Shown: positions 51,648 to 61,368, numbered from the stretch's first letter. The stretch: 64,000 nucleotides of DNA from Spirochaetaceae bacterium (GCA_051531975.1 JAOPTT010000002.1:473968-537967); one strand, 5' to 3'. The notes: generated from the sequence alone by a model not told the origin. Numbers and translations: made by a program.

Positions 51648-52544
51648 TTACTTAAGGTTATTTATCTCGTCTAAACTTAAACCTGTAATTTTAGAAACAA
51701 AGTCGATTTCAGAACCAGCTTCTAATAATTTTTTAGCAGTGTCTATTTTACCTTCAAGTCTAGCGTCTTCACGACCTTCTTTACGACCTTCATCTCTAGC
51801 ATACTCAAGTGCTCCCCTGTCAGAAGCTAGATCTTCTAAGTATTTGTTATAGGCTCTTTGTTTTTGAGGTGTCATAGATATATAATCAAGTTTTTCACTC
51901 ATCTCTTTAATTCCTGGAGCTTTAAAGCCCTCTTTCACTTCATGGTTTTTAAAAGAGTAGATCCATTGATCTAAAATATCATCTACACGGTTATCAAAGA
52001 TACCCATTGATATGATAAAGTATTCTGGGAATATGTTAATCTGCTCTTCTCTATTAATATCATACCCAACTAAAAAGTTACTGTCTATATTTACCCGCTT
52101 ACTATTATGTAATCCTGTAAATTCTACTTTACCGTGATATACATAATCTGTATGTTTTGAATCATTGTTATTTGCTTCTACATCAAAATAAATTAGACTT
52201 ACAGAGTAGACTTTTTTTACATTAGAATAATCTTCACCAGATTTAATGTTATCTGTAATATCCTTGCTCGTACCATATAGAAGCCTCTTAAAGTAGTTTT
52301 TCTCTGGTGCATACTGAACTTCAATAATAACATGTTCACCTTTAGAATTAACAGCTATTAGATCTACACGGTTAAATTTCATATCTCTGCTTTCTTGATT
52401 ACTTTCACTCTCTAGAAGGCTTTCAATTACTATCTTTTCCCCTAATAGTGCAAATAAAAAGCCCTCTAGTACTACAAAGTTAGCTTTGTCCCTTAAAATA
52501 TACTTAATTGCCCAGTCAAAACTGACTATTTCTCTACTTCCCAT
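51648..52544 (-). CDS. Rpn-family PD-(D/E)xK nuclease / putative transposase
   Basis: SFDWAIK, NRVDL..IIEVQ, KKVYSVS, C-terminal EGRKEG..TAKKLL..ISKITGLS-type tail. Confidence 0.92.
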   Translation of the reverse strand: MGSREIVSFDWAIKYILRDKANFVVLEGFLFALLGEKIVIESLLESESNQESRDMKFNRVDLIAVNSKGEHVIIEVQYAPEKNYFKRLLYGTSKDITDNIKSGEDYSNVKKVYSVSLIYFDVEANNNDSKHTDYVYHGKVEFTGLHNSKRVNIDSNFLVGYDINREEQINIFPEYFIISMGIFDNRVDDILDQWIYSFKNHEVKEGFKAPGIKEMSEKLDYISMTPQKQRAYNKYLEDLASDRGALEYARDEGRKEGREDARLEGKIDTAKKLLEAGSEIDFVSKITGLSLDEINNLK

Positions 52545-52593
52545 GTTATCTATATGGGTAGTATTTTATTAATACTTCAATTTTTTTTATTAA

Positions 52594-52725
52594 CAAAATA
52601 AAGCGAAGCTTTAAACCTTACGTTAGGGATAGAAAGGGTTGCGTAGCAAAACTCACTTTAGTGAGGTCGAAGCAAAGCGTAGCCCGGAATAGCCCGACCT
52701 GGGTTTACCCAGGTAACGCCCTAAA
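52594..52725 (+). repeat. Dispersed structured element (Flavo-1-like)
   Basis: Highly similar to 50701-50833; the terminal hairpin is replaced by CCTGGGT-TT-ACCCAGG. Confidence 0.82.
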
Positions 52726-52804
52726 AATCTTCAACAAATATCCCACAAGCAAACGGATATCCTATCATTTCACTCCCCAACCCCACTCATGATATAATCC
52801 CCCA

Positions 52805-53455
52805 ACAGATAACAAAACATCTCAATTCTACAATAATAACTCTAAGCTACTACAAGGTAGATATAGTAACTCAACACCTAAGTACATTACTCTATTCCAA
52901 AGATTCTTTATTGTTAGTTCTACTGTAATAGACATAGGTTGTGGTTCTGGCCGGGATATTAATATACTGCTTAACCTTGGTTATGATACCTATGGTTTAG
53001 AACTATCTATTAATATGATTAAGACTTCTGTTAACCAGTACAAAAATATTAAAGATAGAGTCTTTCTAGGAAGCCTTCCCTTAGGTTATCCACCTACTCT
53101 ACCCTATGGTGTTTTATCAGGGGATAAATCTAAGTCTTGGGATAATGTATTAGCTGCTGCAGTATTACAGCACATACCAGATTCTAACCTGTTTGATTTC
53201 CTTCTCTCTATTTTTAATAGGTTAAAAGTAGGTGGTAATCTGTTATTATCTGTTCCTACTAAATATCCTTTTGTTGTAGATAATAGGGATAAGTCTGGTA
53301 GGCTCTTTTATATAAGATCTAAGGATGAGTATCTACTCTTATTAGAGAGAATAGGGTTTGTATTAATTCATGAGATGGTGGCTGATGATGTCTTGGGTCG
53401 GGATGATACTGTTTGGACTACATTAGTTCTTAACAAGAAGTTTGAAGTTATTTAA
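52805..53455 (+). CDS. Class I SAM methyltransferase copy 2 (open frame but no canonical start before motif I; possible pseudogene)
   Basis: In-frame ..KTSQFY..VIDIGCGSGRD.. lies upstream of the ATG at 53015; AVLQHIP; LKVGG. Confidence 0.7.
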   Translation, partial: TDNKTSQFYNNNSKLLQGRYSNSTPKYITLFQRFFIVSSTVIDIGCGSGRDINILLNLGYDTYGLELSINMIKTSVNQYKNIKDRVFLGSLPLGYPPTLPYGVLSGDKSKSWDNVLAAAVLQHIPDSNLFDFLLSIFNRLKVGGNLLLSVPTKYPFVVDNRDKSGRLFYIRSKDEYLLLLERIGFVLIHEMVADDVLGRDDTVWTTLVLNKKFEVI

Positions 53456-53825
53456 GGTTATTAATCTCTTCTATACTTAAACTTGTAATTTTAGAGATGA
53501 AACCGATTTCACAACCTTCTTTTAACATATTTCTTGCACACTTTAGTATTCCTATAAGTATACCTTCAAAAAATCCCTTTTTAAAACCTTCTGATTTTGC
53601 AAGTACTAGTGCCACACTATCTGAAGCTAGATTTTCTAGATAATTATCATAGAGTCTTTGGTGCTGTGCTGTAATAGATATGTAATTAAGACTGGTCGTA
53701 TTCTCTGAATACTGCTCACCTATGCATCCTAGTTTTTCACTCATCTCTTTATTCCTTCTTCTATTAATATCATAACCAACTAAAAAGTTACTATCTATAT
53801 TTACAGGCTTACTATTATGTAATCA
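53448..53825 (-). pseudogene. Deleted duplicate of the Rpn gene 51648-52544; C-terminal ORF 53448-53744 retained
   Basis: 53760-53825 matches ~52050-52115; MSEKL..YLENLASD..ISKITSLSIEEINNLK. Confidence 0.85.
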
Positions 53826-53835
53826 GGGTTGTCAC

Positions 53836-54165
53836 TCAACTATCCTTCAGCTCTTCTAACTCAAAATCTTTAATTATTTTTGCTACACATTGATCCATAT
53901 TTTCTTGGCTAATTAAATAGGTGTAAGATTCTATTTTTGATGATTTTTTAACATATATATCTATAACATCAAAGACTTCCTGATACCCCAATGTTATGTC
54001 TAATGTAACCAGTTCTTTTTTAGTATTTTTAATTTCCAGATCAAAACATCTGTTTCCCGGGGTTATCAGTAACTGAAACTCCGGTATTGAATTGTTAATA
54101 CTTTTAATTAAACATTCTTTTACTTTATTGCAAACTTCTATATTCATAGACACTCCAACTAGCAC
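53836..54165 (-). CDS. Hypothetical protein (start may be MNIEV, 54147)
   Basis: ORF with a GGAG before the internal ATG; no family recognised. Confidence 0.55.
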   Translation of the reverse strand: MLVGVSMNIEVCNKVKECLIKSINNSIPEFQLLITPGNRCFDLEIKNTKKELVTLDITLGYQEVFDVIDIYVKKSSKIESYTYLISQENMDQCVAKIIKDFELEELKDS

Positions 54166-54197
54166 TGTGAGTACGAGTATGCTATACTAACAGAAGG

Positions 54198-54536
54198 TTG
54201 TCAAGTATGGTTTATGAACATAGGATTTACTATATGGAAAAGACTATTAGTTACCTAAAACAGAATGTCAGAGACTATCGAAAACTATTAAATCTTAGCC
54301 AACAAGAGTTAGCAGAAAAAAGTGATATTAGTACTTCTTTTGTACAGGAGATTGAGCTAGGCAGGAAGCAACCTTCTTTAACCACTCTAGATAAACTTGC
54401 TAATGCTTTAGATATTGAAGTATTTCAATTATTAATGAATCCAGAAAAGAATAACCACGATATTGTAAAAGATTTCTCAGCCAAACTTAAAGAGAAGTTG
54501 AATAATGATATTGATGATCTTATGAATAGGTACTAA
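54198..54536 (+). CDS. XRE-family HTH regulator (start possibly 54234)
   Basis: LSQQELAEKSDISTSFVQEIELGRKQPSL. Confidence 0.9.
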   Translation: MSSMVYEHRIYYMEKTISYLKQNVRDYRKLLNLSQQELAEKSDISTSFVQEIELGRKQPSLTTLDKLANALDIEVFQLLMNPEKNNHDIVKDFSAKLKEKLNNDIDDLMNRY

Positions 54537-54771
54537 TAACGATATAAAACAATCTTTACTAAGGAAATAATTCTCCTGGTATATCTAATTCCCATCTTCT
54601 TTTTAATATATGAATCATAAATTATTACTTATTCCTTAATAATCCTAAGAAAGCTGAATTTATAGACAAATAGATTCTATGAGATTTTTAACAGCCTGCT
54701 TTCTGTACGCTAATTCAATATGGCTGTATAGCGATCAGTAACCTAGTTACGACTAAGTCTGGCTTAAAGGA

Positions 54772-55833
54772 ATGATAATGAATGAGATAGCCGATAACAA
54801 CATCTATAAAAGAATACTTAGTATCATCGATGAATCTAGATCCAATGTAGTTAGGACAGTAAATCACGAAATGGTGAAAGCTTACTGGTTTATTGGTAAA
54901 GAAATCGTAGAAGAACAACAAAATGGTAAAGAGCGAGCTGAGTATGGTGATAAATTAATAGAACTATTATCTAAGAAATTAACCAATAATTTAGGAAAAG
55001 GGTTTTCTGCTACAAACTTGAAATATTTTAGATTGTTTTACAAAACATATTCTAATGATAAACGAATTCGTCACCCATTGGGTGACGAATTCAAACCGAA
55101 CCTCTCATGGTCACATTACCGAAATTTAATTAAAGTTGATAATGATAACGCTAGATCATTTTATGAGGTCGAAACATCTAAAAATAGATGGAATAAAAGA
55201 GAACTAGAGAGACAGATTTCAACGGGGCTATTTGAGAGAGTTTCAAAAGGTAAATCCAAAGAGCAGATAATAAAACTATCTACAGAAGGTAATATAATTC
55301 AAAACCCAATAGATATAATTAAAGATCCTTTAATTTTAGAGTTCCTGAACCTTCCAGAATCAAATAGGTTAGTAGAATCTAAACTAGAAGAGGCTTTAGT
55401 ATCTAACTTACAGGCCTTTTTGTTAGAGTTAGGTTCTGGTTTTGCCTTTTTAGGAAGACAAAAAAGAATTACCTTAGATAACGATCATTTCTATGTTGAT
55501 CTTGTGTTCTACCATACAAAACTTAAATGTTATGTAATTGTAGATATTAAAACAGAGAAACTTTCCCATGGTGACTTAGGTCAAATTCAGTTATATGTAA
55601 ACTATTACGATAGAGAGATAAAAGAAGAGGAAGATAACCCTACCCTTGGTCTTGTTTTATGTACCGATAAAAATGATGAGATGGTTAGATACCTCTTAGG
55701 AGATAATAACAACAATATATTCACATCTAAATATAAGGTATACCTACCGGATCAAAAACAACTAGAAGAGGAACTAAAACGGGAAGTTACTCTTTTAACA
55801 GGTAATCCAACAACAGGGAATGAGAATGAATAA
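54772..55833 (+). CDS. YhcG/DUF1016 family PD-(D/E)xK nuclease
   Basis: YWFIGKEI, LSWSHY, IKDPLILEFL, FLLELGSGFAF, VDLVFY, DLGQIQLYVNY. Confidence 0.95.
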   Translation: MIMNEIADNNIYKRILSIIDESRSNVVRTVNHEMVKAYWFIGKEIVEEQQNGKERAEYGDKLIELLSKKLTNNLGKGFSATNLKYFRLFYKTYSNDKRIRHPLGDEFKPNLSWSHYRNLIKVDNDNARSFYEVETSKNRWNKRELERQISTGLFERVSKGKSKEQIIKLSTEGNIIQNPIDIIKDPLILEFLNLPESNRLVESKLEEALVSNLQAFLLELGSGFAFLGRQKRITLDNDHFYVDLVFYHTKLKCYVIVDIKTEKLSHGDLGQIQLYVNYYDREIKEEEDNPTLGLVLCTDKNDEMVRYLLGDNNNNIFTSKYKVYLPDQKQLEEELKREVTLLTGNPTTGNENE

Positions 55834-55843
55834 GAAAATTACT

Positions 55844-56134
55844 ATGAATTCCATTTTGAGATTTGACTCTATAACCAACCGATATAATTACATCCAAGTT
55901 TTAGTGTTCAACATGGTACGTTTTATCATCAGTGCCAGTTGTCGCAAAACTTGCGACAACTGAATCCTTGGTTTGAACTGTCGCATAATTTGCGACAGTT
56001 CAATCTATTGTTAATTAACCTTCAGTAAAAATATTATTAATATACTTACCTATTGTTTTAACATCTCGCTTGAATAGAGTTGCTATTTGATTCCTATTTA
56101 GCCAAACAGTATCGTTATCTAGTTTAAGTTCAAC
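55844..56134 (-). pseudogene. RhuM-family (virulence protein-like DNA-binding) pseudogene
   Basis: Hand translation DTVWLNRNQIATLF.RDVKTIGKYINNIFTEG*..VVASFATT..*NLDVIISVGYRVKS; three in-frame stops. Confidence 0.88.
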
Positions 56135-56155
56135 AAGTGAATTATTAAACTTTAG

Positions 56156-56320
56156 AAGTCAAACATTTTCTCATCGAAAAGTGGGCTAAACATTCTTTGA
56201 TCAAGAAGTTTAGCGTTAGGGATAGCAGCGGTACCATACTGAAGCTTGCTTCGAGGCAATGTGCATACATCTGTAGAGTATAGCCCGGACTGTTCTTCGA
56301 ACAGGTAACGCCCTAAAAAT
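56156..56320 (+). repeat. Dispersed structured element (Flavo-1-like), followed by a methyltransferase 5' scrap at 56351-56381
   Basis: GCGTTAGGGATAGC..TAGCCCGGA-CTGTTC-TTC-GAACAG-GTAACGCCC; the tail TAAAAATCTTCAACAAATATCC is shared with 52722. Confidence 0.82.
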
Positions 56321-56550
56321 CTTCAACAAATATCCAAAATAGAAATATTAACTCTAAGGTACTGCAAGGTAGATATAGTAATTCATCATTTATTACAGGT
56401 TAAATGACTATTATATGCACTTTTTTTATCAATTACATAAGTATTGCCCATATCACAATATTTTTAGTTCATTTCTAACTATAAAGCTCATATAATTGGA
56501 CAAACGGTTAATAGTAAATGTAGTAATATTGAACAAGGGGTTGTTTATTT

Positions 56551-57531
56551 ATGAAACTAAAAAAAGTAACTATAAAATTGTTGTTGATTACAATTCTGAC
56601 AGGAGGCTGTTTTATTACAGGATGCTCAAGCACTCCAGAGTTTGTAGAAGAGCGTGAAATATTTAATGGTGCCCTGCTAAACAATCGGTTAACTATATTT
56701 GGTGAAACTTTAATTTTACCTGAAGGTTGGGTTTTTATTCCAAATCCCTCTACTAGTGGAACTTTATTTAACTTTCGTTCTCCAGAAGGGATAGAAGGTG
56801 GGTTAGAAGTTATAGATTTCGAATATGATATTGAATTCAGTAAATTAATCGGTTTTTATGAGGATTATGTATTTGAATCAGATGAGAAAATAAAAACTCA
56901 GGTAATAGAACATGAACGTTTTGGAACTGTTGCCGTATTTAATGGTATTGATGAAGACCTTAATTTAAAAAGTCTACTTGTAGCAGATGGAAACAATGTA
57001 GTTTTTTTACATTTAACACATAATATTGATACAGCGTTTACACAAGAAGAAGCACTGCTTATATTAGAAACATATAAGAAGGATGAACGTAATTGGGTTT
57101 CTTTCAGGGATAAAGTAGATGCTCCACAGTTTACTAGTATAGATAACAAATGGTACTGGGATGGTGATTTTAAAAATGGTTATTATATGGCAAAAAAAGG
57201 TATAAACTCTATTCCAGATGTAATTACCTGTCTTTGGACAATTAGTTTAGAAGAAATTGATGAGCTAAAAACTAATACAGAATTTGATATAGAACCATTT
57301 AAGTTTACCTTAAGAGTACAGAATAAGTCGACTGATTTTACTGTATATGGTTTTATGAATAAGAGTAGATCATCAAGATTATATACGGTTTTTGAGTTTA
57401 ATGAAGTTACTTATTGTCTCTACCTAATTCAAAAATCAATATATAAAGAAGACAACCCAAAAGTACTTTTAGAGAATCAAGAGATTCAAGACCTTCTTGA
57501 TTTTAATCTTCTTTTTAGTGGAGATAGCTAA
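56551..57531 (+). CDS. Putative lipoprotein
   Basis: Basic N-terminus, hydrophobic core, ITGC lipobox-like sequence. Confidence 0.7.
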   Translation: MKLKKVTIKLLLITILTGGCFITGCSSTPEFVEEREIFNGALLNNRLTIFGETLILPEGWVFIPNPSTSGTLFNFRSPEGIEGGLEVIDFEYDIEFSKLIGFYEDYVFESDEKIKTQVIEHERFGTVAVFNGIDEDLNLKSLLVADGNNVVFLHLTHNIDTAFTQEEALLILETYKKDERNWVSFRDKVDAPQFTSIDNKWYWDGDFKNGYYMAKKGINSIPDVITCLWTISLEEIDELKTNTEFDIEPFKFTLRVQNKSTDFTVYGFMNKSRSSRLYTVFEFNEVTYCLYLIQKSIYKEDNPKVLLENQEIQDLLDFNLLFSGDS

Positions 57532-57532
57532 G

Positions 57533-59125
57533 GTGAGTAGAATACTTTTTCTATCTTTTGTATTTATTATATCTATATCTCTTTTTGCCCAATCTAAACC
57601 TATAGTTCAGATTGATCCAGTAATAAACCTATCAGGAGAGACATGGCTAGATCCAGTTTGTATCTCTTCAACCAATGGGGTAAGTTTAATACTTAGTCTA
57701 CTAGGAAGATTTGAAGTAAATAGGGATGAGACTGAAGTATTAGAAGTTCTTGATACTTCAATATTAAAAGAAAGAGCTGAAACAATGGGCTACGATAATA
57801 TAATATTTGGTTCTTGTACTATAAAAGATGAAGCTTTTATTATTACTATGAGTGCATATGATCGTTCTCTTGATAAGATAACCTACTCAGGTTCAACTGT
57901 TGTGGAATCTATATTTGATACATTTGATGCTGTAGACCAGATAACCTATGAACTAGTTGAAGGCTTTTCAGGAATTCATGTTACATACGGAAGCCTTGTT
58001 TTAATTCCACCAGTAACTGGTGAACCATTTAACTTTACACTTGATGGAGTTGCACTACCAAAAGGTGTTTTCTCAATAGATAAAATGCCTTCAGGAACCC
58101 ATAAACTGGCAGTCTCACAGGAAAGACCTTTAGGTTTGTATGAAAAAGTTCACGACATTGTTGTTGCTGAAGAGGTAATAAACAACATAGCTATTCCCTT
58201 ACCTCTTATTGCAGGAGAAGAAATCCCAATATTTAATAGAGTTGATAAGGAATTAAGATTAGCTGCAATAGAAGGTAAATCAGATATAGATCCAGTTATG
58301 GATAATATTAACAACTTATTATTAAATCCATTTTTCCAGCAATATAGAAAAGGATTAGTTGAAAAATATAAAAAGTGGGAAATATCTATTAAAGGAAAAC
58401 CTGCACAAATTGTAGAATCTGTGAAGTTTAAATTAAAATATTCGAAGGATTCCTTGTGGGATTCCTCTAAATATAAAGGTGTATTTAATAATAGGCTTAG
58501 TCTGTCATCACAATATCGTATCAACTTTAACAATAAAGTTGACTTTACTTCAAATAATAATCTATTGGCTGATATTAGAACCATTAAAGTTGATGGATCT
58601 AGCGATGATTGGGAATCAGTTGCTGATTCAATCATTGACCCTGTTGGAGATCTTAAATCTGGAAATATCAAACCAGATGGTAAAGATTTAATTGAAGTAA
58701 AAGCAGCAATTGATAATAAATATTTATATCTAATGATGAGAACACAAGATATGAAATATAATTATCCAAACAATGTTTATAGCTTTCATATAGGTAATAA
58801 TCCTAATATTTTAATTCATTATGTTCCATATACAAATGAGTTTTGGGTAAACAAGCATTATAACGATTCTAATAATAAACCTTGGGAAAGTATAATTAGT
58901 AAAGCTAAATTTAAGACTGGTGATATTTATGAGTTATCACTTCCTTTAAAAGATCTTTTAGAAAATACTGAGATGGGGGAAAATACTGATATATCCTTTG
59001 ATGTAACCTATGATGGTGACAATTCGGGATGGATTCGGGTTGATGATAATGGTGGAACTTTGTTACTACCTATTACTCAAGCTTTAATAGAAAAACCCAA
59101 TAATATCGAAATATTAAATAAATAA
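57533..59125 (+). CDS. Exported hypothetical protein (PEGA-like and C-terminal carbohydrate-binding/DOMON-like regions)
   Basis: GTG start right after the upstream stop; signal peptide ..SLFAQ; IKVDGSSDDW..DPVGD..YLYLM..YELSLP. Confidence 0.65.
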   Translation: MSRILFLSFVFIISISLFAQSKPIVQIDPVINLSGETWLDPVCISSTNGVSLILSLLGRFEVNRDETEVLEVLDTSILKERAETMGYDNIIFGSCTIKDEAFIITMSAYDRSLDKITYSGSTVVESIFDTFDAVDQITYELVEGFSGIHVTYGSLVLIPPVTGEPFNFTLDGVALPKGVFSIDKMPSGTHKLAVSQERPLGLYEKVHDIVVAEEVINNIAIPLPLIAGEEIPIFNRVDKELRLAAIEGKSDIDPVMDNINNLLLNPFFQQYRKGLVEKYKKWEISIKGKPAQIVESVKFKLKYSKDSLWDSSKYKGVFNNRLSLSSQYRINFNNKVDFTSNNNLLADIRTIKVDGSSDDWESVADSIIDPVGDLKSGNIKPDGKDLIEVKAAIDNKYLYLMMRTQDMKYNYPNNVYSFHIGNNPNILIHYVPYTNEFWVNKHYNDSNNKPWESIISKAKFKTGDIYELSLPLKDLLENTEMGENTDISFDVTYDGDNSGWIRVDDNGGTLLLPITQALIEKPNNIEILNK

Positions 59126-59155
59126 TTTTTTTGCAACAGAAGGCCAACAATTCAT

Positions 59156-59370
59156 ATATTGAAGTATTTCAATTATTAATGAATCCAGAAAAGAATAACC
59201 ACGATATAGTGAAAGGTTTCTCATCCAAACTTAAAGGGAAGTTACTCTTTTAACAGGTAAACCAACAACAGAGAATGAGAATGAAAAAGAAAGACCCTGT
59301 AAATTACATTTTGGTTCATATTGAGCCAAACAGTATCGTTATCGAACTAAACTTTAACAGGTGAATTAAT
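59156..59370 (+). repeat. Collapsed copy of 54412-56146 (XRE 3' end + yhcG 3' end + rhuM scrap)
   Basis: Three consecutive segments match 54412-54499, 55781-55858 and ~56095-56144. Confidence 0.88.
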
Positions 59371-59409
59371 ATCGTCTGATTGGAATACTTCTAGGTATTA
59401 TCTATTTTA

Positions 59410-60276
59410 CTATATATTACTAAGCATAAAATCTACTAACTCTTTTCCTTCTGTGGAGATTGTCTTGTCATTATATGCAACAGCAAAATTTATAGATTCT
59501 CTTTTTCTTCCACCAATTATAGCTAGATTAAATACATCTATAAAGTGAATTAGTTCCTGATTTATTAACATGTAGGAGTCAGAATTTTTTACCTGTTCTA
59601 ATAATATTAAATGGTTATTTATTCTAAAAACTGGAGCATTAGGTAATTTTGTACCGTGTGAATCTTCTAGTAGATGGTAAGTTATATATGGGTATTGTTT
59701 TATCATTTTATACTGATTATCTTTAGACTCTTTAAATACAGGATGATCCTTTCTGGCTACCATAAAAAGGTCATGTTTAACATATCTATTTATAGTTAAC
59801 CACTCTGCCATTTTTAGTGTATCTTCACTGCCTATTATAATTTCTAGAAACCCGTGTTCAATTTCGCTTAATAAATTTCTAGCACTTGCAATTTTCTCAT
59901 TAAAAACAATATCTTCGTGGATTTTTCTATACTCTGTAAATTGTTTATTTACTGTGTAACAACAACCATGACCTACTCCAATATTTAATAGTGTTCTACT
60001 ACTAGATGGTAAAAACTCGGCATCTAAAAATATACTGTCAACTTCATCGATTATAGACAGTGCTCTTTTATATAATTTATACGAAAAATCAGTAGGTATT
60101 AAACCTTCTGAACTTCTAATAAACAGCTCAATTCCTAGTTCAATTTCTAAATTGTGAATACTTCTGGTTATTGTAGGTTGGGATGTATTAAGGATTCTTG
60201 ATGCACCTGAAATGCTTCTTTGTTTAAATACTGTGGTAAAAATATTTAACAATCTCATGTCGCTTAAATAATTCAT
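59410..60276 (-). CDS. LysR-family transcriptional regulator
   Basis: SISGASRILNTSQPTITRSIHNLE..LFIR; divergent from the tct operon. Confidence 0.93.
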   Translation of the reverse strand: MNYLSDMRLLNIFTTVFKQRSISGASRILNTSQPTITRSIHNLEIELGIELFIRSSEGLIPTDFSYKLYKRALSIIDEVDSIFLDAEFLPSSSRTLLNIGVGHGCCYTVNKQFTEYRKIHEDIVFNEKIASARNLLSEIEHGFLEIIIGSEDTLKMAEWLTINRYVKHDLFMVARKDHPVFKESKDNQYKMIKQYPYITYHLLEDSHGTKLPNAPVFRINNHLILLEQVKNSDSYMLINQELIHFIDVFNLAIIGGRKRESINFAVAYNDKTISTEGKELVDFMLSNI

Positions 60277-60400
60277 AATTCTCCTTTAAATACTTCAAAA
60301 TAATAACTTTTATTTTTAAGTATACCCCCTATACATATTTAGTATTCGACAGTTCACATGAACAAGCATAACATGGAAACCATACAAAGGAGATTCATTT

Positions 60401-61348
60401 ATGAAAAAGTTATTTTTATTATTAATTTGTGTAATATGCCTTAATGGTATGCTATTTGCAAATGGTGCATCAGAAAAAAACGAGGGTATTTTCCCAACTG
60501 AAGCAGTGACACTTATTATTCCTTACAAAGCTGGAGGAGGAATGGATACTACAGCCAGAGCATTAGCAGCTGTTAGTAAAAAACACCTTGGTGTTCCACT
60601 TGTAATTATTAATAAAACAGGTGGTGCTGGAACTATCGCAGCTTCTACAGCGTATAATTCAAAAGCTGATGGATATACACTATTTATGGTCGATATAGGT
60701 GCCATGGGTGTTACACCAGTTAAGCAAAAAGTAGATTATTCTATAGATGGGTTTGATTTTATTAGTGGTATAAATGTAAATGATATTATAATTGTAACAA
60801 ATAGTGATTCCCCATATAAAACCCTTAGTGACCTAACAAGTTCTACTGAAAGAATTCGTTATGGAACTACTGGAGCAGGAAGTATACTTCATGGTGTTGC
60901 TACATCATTTGTAGAACAATCAGGTATTTCTGCAACTAATATTCCATTTGGTAGTACAACCGATACAGTAACAGCGGTTTTAGGTGGCCATATAGAAATA
61001 GGAATTGCTCATCCAAACCAGGCTAGATCAGGATTAGCTGATGGATCTTTACGGGTTTTAGCTGTTTTTTCTGAAAATAGAGTTAAAAGCCTACCAGAGA
61101 TACCAACAATGAAAGAGATGGGATACGACATATCTGTTCAGGTTTCTAACTTTCTATTGGCTCCAAAAGGTGTAGACCCTGAAAAACTAACTATATTAAG
61201 GGATGCATTTGTTAACATGCTAAACGATCCTGCTGTACTTGATAATGCTAAAAATAGAAATCTTTTATTATGGGATGCTAAGGGTGTAGAGGCTGAAAAA
61301 ACTATATTAGCAAACATTGAAATCCTTCAATCAATATTTTCAAAATAA
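60401..61348 (+). CDS. tctC: Tripartite tricarboxylate transporter substrate-binding protein
   Basis: IIPYKAGGGMD..NKTGGAG..ADGYTL..PEIPTMKE. Confidence 0.93.
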   Translation: MKKLFLLLICVICLNGMLFANGASEKNEGIFPTEAVTLIIPYKAGGGMDTTARALAAVSKKHLGVPLVIINKTGGAGTIAASTAYNSKADGYTLFMVDIGAMGVTPVKQKVDYSIDGFDFISGINVNDIIIVTNSDSPYKTLSDLTSSTERIRYGTTGAGSILHGVATSFVEQSGISATNIPFGSTTDTVTAVLGGHIEIGIAHPNQARSGLADGSLRVLAVFSENRVKSLPEIPTMKEMGYDISVQVSNFLLAPKGVDPEKLTILRDAFVNMLNDPAVLDNAKNRNLLLWDAKGVEAEKTILANIEILQSIFSK

Positions 61349-61368
61349 CCAGATGTATGAGGTAACAC

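Noticed and set aside
50701..56320. Structured repeats as integron attC sites
   Set aside because: The GTT and AAC cores are in the opposite order to attC (RYYYAAC...GTTRRRY), orientations are mixed, and there is no IntI in the window.
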